Shown: in pieces, positions 59,568 to 64,000 of the stretch
Position numbering within the stretch: position 1 is the stretch's first letter
Layout: each line of letters starts with the position of its first letter
Source: Gemmatimonadota bacterium
Lineage (GTDB): Bacteria > Gemmatimonadota > Gemmatimonadetes > Palauibacterales > KS3-K002
Direction: 5' to 3'
Assembly: GCA_041617795.1 (NCBI GenBank)
Contig: JBFJOD010000001.1
Span: forward strand, 21,436 to 85,435
DNA: 64,000 nt
Made by a program: the position numbers and the translations under genes
Notes under the pieces: generated by a model
The model's input: the letters and a program-made list of their open reading frames with translations, nothing else
Told to the model about the DNA's origin: nothing
Database searches by the model: none

Positions 59568-59604
59568 ACAGCTACCGGAGGCCCACTCCGGTAGCTGTTT
59601 GCTT
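59568..59604 (+). terminator. Candidate intrinsic terminator after the Yip1 gene
   Basis: ACAGCTACCGGAG-gccca-CTCCGGTAGCTGT (13-bp stem) followed by TTGCTT. Confidence 0.4.
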
Positions 59605-59801
59605 AAGAGGTGGTCCGAGGTCCAGCGATCCACCGCTAGCGAGGCCAGCGTCCCGGCCAATCCGCCGGTGAAGCGGAGGCAGCCATGGCGAAACTCTTGA
59701 CCTGACAGCCGCGTAGGTCTAAGCAAAAGCGGTTCTAGAGTGGTTGATCGGGAACCGTGCCGGCCTCGCGAGGCGGGCTGGCCGGTAGCGCTGCCACAGA
59801 A

Positions 59802-59818
59802 TTGAAAACTGTTATTAT
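59802..59818 (+). promoter_or_regulatory. Candidate extended -10 promoter (TGtTATTAT) for the efflux operon
   Basis: TTGAAA at 59802 and TGtTATTAT at 59810-59818, about 60 nt upstream of ATG 59877; a perfect 12-bp palindrome GCCTCGCGAGGC at 59763-59774 lies ~30 nt upstream. Confidence 0.3.
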
Positions 59819-59876
59819 TAGCCACCATTTTTCGCACATACTTTCGCAAGCCGAACCTTAAGCTCGGAGTTGGGTC

Positions 59877-61400
59877 ATGAGGTGGAGCAGGATTCCCAGC
59901 GTTGTTCTCATATGCTTGATTGGATTCACCGGCGGCCTGGTCGCCCAGGAAAGAGCCCCTTTGACCCTGGAGGAGGCCATCGACCTCGCCAGGCGGAACA
60001 ATCCGCTCTTCCAGCAGACACTCAACGACCTGGGCCCGGCGGCCTGGGGCGTCAGAGCCGCCAACGCCAACCTGTTCCTGCCAAACGCGGACATTTCGTT
60101 CCTCGGTGCCTGGCAGGATGCGGGACAGCAGCGGCTGGGAGCGGCGACGTTCCCCCAGCCTTCCGTTCTGCTTTCGCAGTACCAGTTCGCGCTTTCCTAC
60201 ACGCTGAATGGGAACACGCTGTTCCAGCCTGGACAGCGACGGGCGGAGCGCCGCGCGGTGGAGCGCCGGATCGATGATGCGGGCCTTCAGCTACGAAACC
60301 AGGTGACTAGCTTCTACATCGAGGTGCTGCGCTTGCAGGAGCGGGCAGTGCAAGCGGAACGAGAGCTACGCCGTTCGGAAGAGCATCTGCGGCTCGCCGA
60401 GGCACGTCAGGAGGTCGGAGCGGGCACGAGGCTGGAGACGATGCAGGCGGACGTTGCACGAGGTCGCGCGGAAGTGGCCCTGGTTCAGGCACGCAACGCG
60501 GCTCGGGTCGCCAAGCTCCGCCTGGTCCAGGCGTTGGGCGTCGCGCTGCCTGCCGAACAGATCGATCTAGTCAGCACGTTCGAGATCTTTGAACCTCAGC
60601 TGCAGCTGGAGACACTCTTGAACGATGCTCTGGCCCGACACCCGACATTGGTGGCGCTTCAGGCCGACCGATCGGCGGCCAACTCGACCGTGAAGGTGGC
60701 GAAATCTTCATATTTCCCGACTCTCTCCCTAAGGGCAAGCTGGAGTGGATTCACGCGTGAGGAGACGGATCCCGACTTCACGATCGCGAACTCCGTTGCC
60801 CAGGCCGAGGGCCAAGCTGCTACCACAGTCCTGGCATGCGACCAGTTCGCCGACCTCTACGCGGCAACGGGCACACCGGCCCCGTCGCCGTTCAATAACT
60901 GCTCGGCATTCGCCTTCACGCCGGCAGATTCCGTGGCGCTCGATAACAACATCCGGCGGGCCAACGACGTCTTCCCGTTCAACTTCGAGAACGAGCCAGT
61001 GCAGTTGAGTGCTTTCTTCTCTCTGCCCTTGTTCAACGGGTTCGGCCGTCAACTCCAGGTCGAGCAGGCTATCAATCTGCGAAACGACCTCGACCACCAG
61101 GTACGCGGATTCGAGCTGCAGATTCGCGCCGACGTGACGGAAGCGGTCCACAACCTGGAGACCGCCCACCAGACCGTTATCTTGCAGCAAGAGAACACGG
61201 AACGCGCGCGCGAGGAGCTCCGCCTGGCACGGGAGCGTTACCAGCTGGGCGCTGGGACATTCTTGGAACTACTCGACTCCGAGACCTTGGCGGCTCAGGC
61301 CGAGGTCGATCAGATTGAAGCGATCTTCGGGTTTCATCAGTCGATCGCCGCGCTCGAGGCTGCGGTCGGCCGGTCGGTTGATTTGACCGAAGTGCGCTAA
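59877..61400 (+). CDS. TolC-family outer-membrane efflux channel
   Basis: 507 aa; signal peptide, PLTLEEAIDLARRNNP..., two tandem OEP repeats. Confidence 0.8.
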   Translation: MRWSRIPSVVLICLIGFTGGLVAQERAPLTLEEAIDLARRNNPLFQQTLNDLGPAAWGVRAANANLFLPNADISFLGAWQDAGQQRLGAATFPQPSVLLSQYQFALSYTLNGNTLFQPGQRRAERRAVERRIDDAGLQLRNQVTSFYIEVLRLQERAVQAERELRRSEEHLRLAEARQEVGAGTRLETMQADVARGRAEVALVQARNAARVAKLRLVQALGVALPAEQIDLVSTFEIFEPQLQLETLLNDALARHPTLVALQADRSAANSTVKVAKSSYFPTLSLRASWSGFTREETDPDFTIANSVAQAEGQAATTVLACDQFADLYAATGTPAPSPFNNCSAFAFTPADSVALDNNIRRANDVFPFNFENEPVQLSAFFSLPLFNGFGRQLQVEQAINLRNDLDHQVRGFELQIRADVTEAVHNLETAHQTVILQQENTERAREELRLARERYQLGAGTFLELLDSETLAAQAEVDQIEAIFGFHQSIAALEAAVGRSVDLTEVR

Positions 61401-61427
61401 AAACGGCGATAAACCGGGAGCACTAGT

Positions 61428-62720
61428 GTGAATAAGAAGAAGATCTTTATCGCGGCGGGCGTCATCATCGTCCTCGCGGTGTTCATGGTGATTGCATTGC
61501 GGCAGGGCCAGCGTGGCGGCGAGGACGTGAGGGCTGAGAAAGTGCAGCGCAGAAGCCTGGTGTCGGTCGTAACGGCCAGCGGGCGCATCCGTCCTCACCG
61601 CAGCGTAGACATCCAGGCTGACGTGTCAGGTCGCATAGTCGATTTGCGGATACTCGAAGGCCAGATGGTCAACTCCCGCGACACCCTGTTGATCATCGAC
61701 CCAACGACATTCCAGGCTGCCCTCCAACGCGCGCGGGCAGCCGTGAGCACCGCTCAAGCCAACGCGACACAGGCCCGCGCAAACCGCGATCAGGCGCTGC
61801 GCGCCTTAACTCGAACGAAGCGCATCCACGAGCAAAACCCGGAATTGATCTCCGACCAGGAATTCGAGGCCGCAGAGACCAGCTTCGATGTACAGGAAGC
61901 ACTTTACCAGGCGGCCGAACATCAGGTCGATCAGGCCCGGGCCAACCTGCGCGAATCTCGGGATCTGCTGGCTAAGACCGTTATCTTGGCTCCTATGGCC
62001 GGCCGGGTCACACGACTTAATGTCGAGCAGGGTGAAACCGCAATCGTCGGCACAATGAACAACCCGGGAACGGTCCTATTGACCGTTGCCGATCTGTCAG
62101 AGATGGAGGCCGTCGTCGAGGTGGACGAGACCGATGTGCCGCAGATCGAAGTCGGCGACAGCGCCAGCATCGAAATCGACGCATTTCAGGATACAGCGTT
62201 CACCGGCAGGGTGACGGAGATCGCACACAGTTCTATCCAGGGAGGCGCGCTCGGGTTCAGCGGCACGACCTCTGACCAGTCGGTGGACTTCGAGGTCGTC
62301 ATCCGGATCGCCGACGCGCCCGAATCGCTGCGAACCGATTTGTCGGCCACGGCCGACATCATCGCCGAAGTCCGCGACAGCGTTCTCAGCATTCCGATCA
62401 TCGCGTTGACTCTGAGGCAGCCTGAGCAGGAGGAAGAGGCTCCACCCAGTGACACGAGTAGCGAAGAGATCCAGCTGGCCGAAGAGGACGAACCACAAGA
62501 ACAAGAGGGTGTCTTCATCATCAATGAAGACAACACGGTCACATTCCAGCCGGTGAAGGTCGGCATTGCCGGCCGCGAGCACTTCGAGGTGTTGGAAGGA
62601 TTGCAGGAAGATCAAGAAATCGTTGCCGGCAGTTATCAGGCGATACGCAATCTCAAGGACGGCGATCTGGTCAAGCCGAACAGAGAGAATAAGAAACCAA
62701 CGAGTGGGAACAATCAATGA
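61428..62720 (+). CDS. Efflux periplasmic adaptor (membrane-fusion protein, MacA/HlyD family)
   Basis: GTG start; N-terminal TM, coiled-coil hairpin, beta-barrel/lipoyl domains; 4-nt overlap with the downstream ABC ATPase. Confidence 0.8.
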   Translation: MNKKKIFIAAGVIIVLAVFMVIALRQGQRGGEDVRAEKVQRRSLVSVVTASGRIRPHRSVDIQADVSGRIVDLRILEGQMVNSRDTLLIIDPTTFQAALQRARAAVSTAQANATQARANRDQALRALTRTKRIHEQNPELISDQEFEAAETSFDVQEALYQAAEHQVDQARANLRESRDLLAKTVILAPMAGRVTRLNVEQGETAIVGTMNNPGTVLLTVADLSEMEAVVEVDETDVPQIEVGDSASIEIDAFQDTAFTGRVTEIAHSSIQGGALGFSGTTSDQSVDFEVVIRIADAPESLRTDLSATADIIAEVRDSVLSIPIIALTLRQPEQEEEAPPSDTSSEEIQLAEEDEPQEQEGVFIINEDNTVTFQPVKVGIAGREHFEVLEGLQEDQEIVAGSYQAIRNLKDGDLVKPNRENKKPTSGNNQ

Positions 62721-63430
62721 TGACGCCAGCTGAGAACACGGTAATCCTGACCCGCGACCTGCGGAAGGACTATGAATTAGGCGCAGAAACGGTCCGCGCC
62801 CTGCAGGGCGTGGACATCCAGATCGACAAGAACGAGTTCGTCGCCATCATGGGGCCATCGGGTTCAGGAAAATCGACGCTACTCAACCTGATCGGCTGTC
62901 TGGACACACCCAGCGCCGGGGAGTACTGGCTGGGTGGCCAGGAGGTCTCGAAGCTCGATGACAACGAGCTGGCCCAGATCCGCAACAGCCGGATCGGTTT
63001 TGTCTTTCAGACCTTCAACTTGTTGCCACGAACCACCGCGCTGCACAACGTGGAGCTGCCGCTGATCTATGCAGGCCTGTCGGCAAAAGAACGTCACGCC
63101 CGCGCGACCCAGACACTGGAGGCGGTCGGGCTGGGCGGTCGCATCAAGCATCAGCCCAACGAGCTGTCCGGCGGTGAGCGCCAGCGCGTCGCTATAGCCA
63201 GGGCTCTGGTCAACCAGCCTTCGCTGCTTCTGGCCGACGAGCCAACCGGCAATCTCGACTCGCACACGTCGGCGGAGATCATGGAGATCCTCGTCAATCT
63301 CCACCGCCAGGGCGAGACGATACTGCTGGTCACGCACGAGCGCGACATCGCCGCCTACGCGAAAAGGCTTATTACCCTCAGGGACGGAAAAGTCGAGCGC
63401 GACGAACTACACGCTGCGGGAGTCTCTTGA
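62717..63430 (+). CDS. ABC transporter ATP-binding protein (MacB/LolD family), not fused to permease
   Basis: 237 aa; Walker [10 protein letters not shown], signature [15 protein letters not shown], Walker [10 protein letters not shown]. Confidence 0.9.
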   Translation: MMTPAENTVILTRDLRKDYELGAETVRALQGVDIQIDKNEFVAIMGPSGSGKSTLLNLIGCLDTPSAGEYWLGGQEVSKLDDNELAQIRNSRIGFVFQTFNLLPRTTALHNVELPLIYAGLSAKERHARATQTLEAVGLGGRIKHQPNELSGGERQRVAIARALVNQPSLLLADEPTGNLDSHTSAEIMEILVNLHRQGETILLVTHERDIAAYAKRLITLRDGKVERDELHAAGVS

Positions 63431-64000
63431 ACGTTCTCGATGCAATTGTCCTCGCCCTAAGACAGGTTTGGGCCCAAAAGCTCAAGTCATTCTTCACACT
63501 TCTGGGCGTTATCGTCGGCGTCACCTTCCTGATCTCGGTCAACGCCGTCGTCGAAGGGATGAACCGTTACGTCCAGGAGGATTTCGCCGGCTCGATCTTC
63601 GGTATCAACACGATTACAGTCCAGCGGGTCTATTCGCGCCGCGGCGGCCGCGAGGATGCGCGGACCCGTCGGCGCGAGGCACGCAATCCGGACATCACCC
63701 TCGACGACGCGCAGGTACTGCGGGAAAACGTCCCCGACATCTGGTACATGGCTTACAGCAGCGACAGGTTCATGCCAGAGGTTAGCAGCGGGCAGAACAC
63801 TCGCAAGAACGTACGACTGATCGGCGTGACGGATGAGTACCTGGCCCTGCAAGGCTGGGACGTGGTTGAAGGCCGGGGACTAACGCGGATCGACGACACA
63901 CGGTCGATCCGGGTCGCCGTGATCGGCGACGCCATAGCCAAAAAGCTCTTCCCTGAGGATTCGCCAATTGGTCACGATATCCGCCTGGGTCCGTTTCGCT
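63427..64000 (+). CDS. ABC transporter permease (FtsX/MacB-type), partial; continues beyond window end
   Basis: TTG at 63427 overlaps the ATPase stop; frame gives [49 protein letters not shown]... (MacB-type TM1 + periplasmic domain); not in ORF track because it has no stop in the window. Confidence 0.7.
   Translation, partial: MNVLDAIVLALRQVWAQKLKSFFTLLGVIVGVTFLISVNAVVEGMNRYVQEDFAGSIFGINTITVQRVYSRRGGREDARTRRREARNPDITLDDAQVLRENVPDIWYMAYSSDRFMPEVSSGQNTRKNVRLIGVTDEYLALQGWDVVEGRGLTRIDDTRSIRVAVIGDAIAKKLFPEDSPIGHDIRLGPFR

Noticed and set aside
59452-59700. 82-aa ORF in the region upstream of the efflux operon
   Set aside because: It overlaps the 3' end of the Yip1 gene and runs through the predicted terminator hairpin. 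It has no RBS and low-complexity composition.
1-64000. Search for tRNA/rRNA/tmRNA genes, CRISPR arrays, IS elements or integrases
   Set aside because: No T-loop-like GGTTCGAATCC / GGTTCGATTCC motifs were seen. No direct-repeat arrays were seen. No transposase or integrase-like ORFs were seen. All large ORFs are accounted for by housekeeping functions. A by-eye scan is not exhaustive for small RNAs.

Overview
High-GC (~65%) bacterial chromosomal segment, probably Gram-negative (TolC-family channel, RseP, LAGC/LAAC lipoboxes, signal peptidase I). It is almost entirely core housekeeping. The first ~27 kb is one long minus-strand run: guaA-proS, hisS, folC, accD, rodA-mrdA-mreDCB, ald, an M16 peptidase, then pnp-rpsO-ribF-truB-rbfA-DUF503-infB-ylxQ-nusA-rimP, then pgeF-murA. 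After a strand switch come small accessory-like modules: a PTS-Ntr EIIA-like protein with a PII-like protein and a CPA antiporter; a YtxG/YtxH-like stress pair; a zinc-PLC-like protein; and a Roadblock/LC7 + ManC + hexapeptide-repeat nucleotidyltransferase + MBL hydrolase operon. Further minus-strand blocks are gatCAB-pcrA-HK-serS, rseP-dxr-cdsA-uppS-frr-pyrH-tsf-rpsB-rpsI-rplM, and a sigma-70 factor, lepB, a ~200-nt low-GC non-coding island, thpR, a LarE-like PP-loop ATPase and comM/yifB. The window ends with a TolC / membrane-fusion adaptor / ABC ATPase / FtsX-permease efflux operon that runs off the edge. I found no CRISPR array, tRNA, rRNA or obvious mobile element by eye. Many ORFs in the supplied track are GC-driven N-terminal over-extensions; I trimmed them using homology-typical N-termini, RBS positions and stop/start coupling. 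The most interesting candidates are (i) the PtsN-like/PII-like/antiporter triad, (ii) the non-coding island upstream of lepB, (iii) the Roadblock-led sugar-nucleotide operon, and (iv) the LarE-like ATPase coupled to ThpR. All function calls come from by-eye motif recognition, not database searches.
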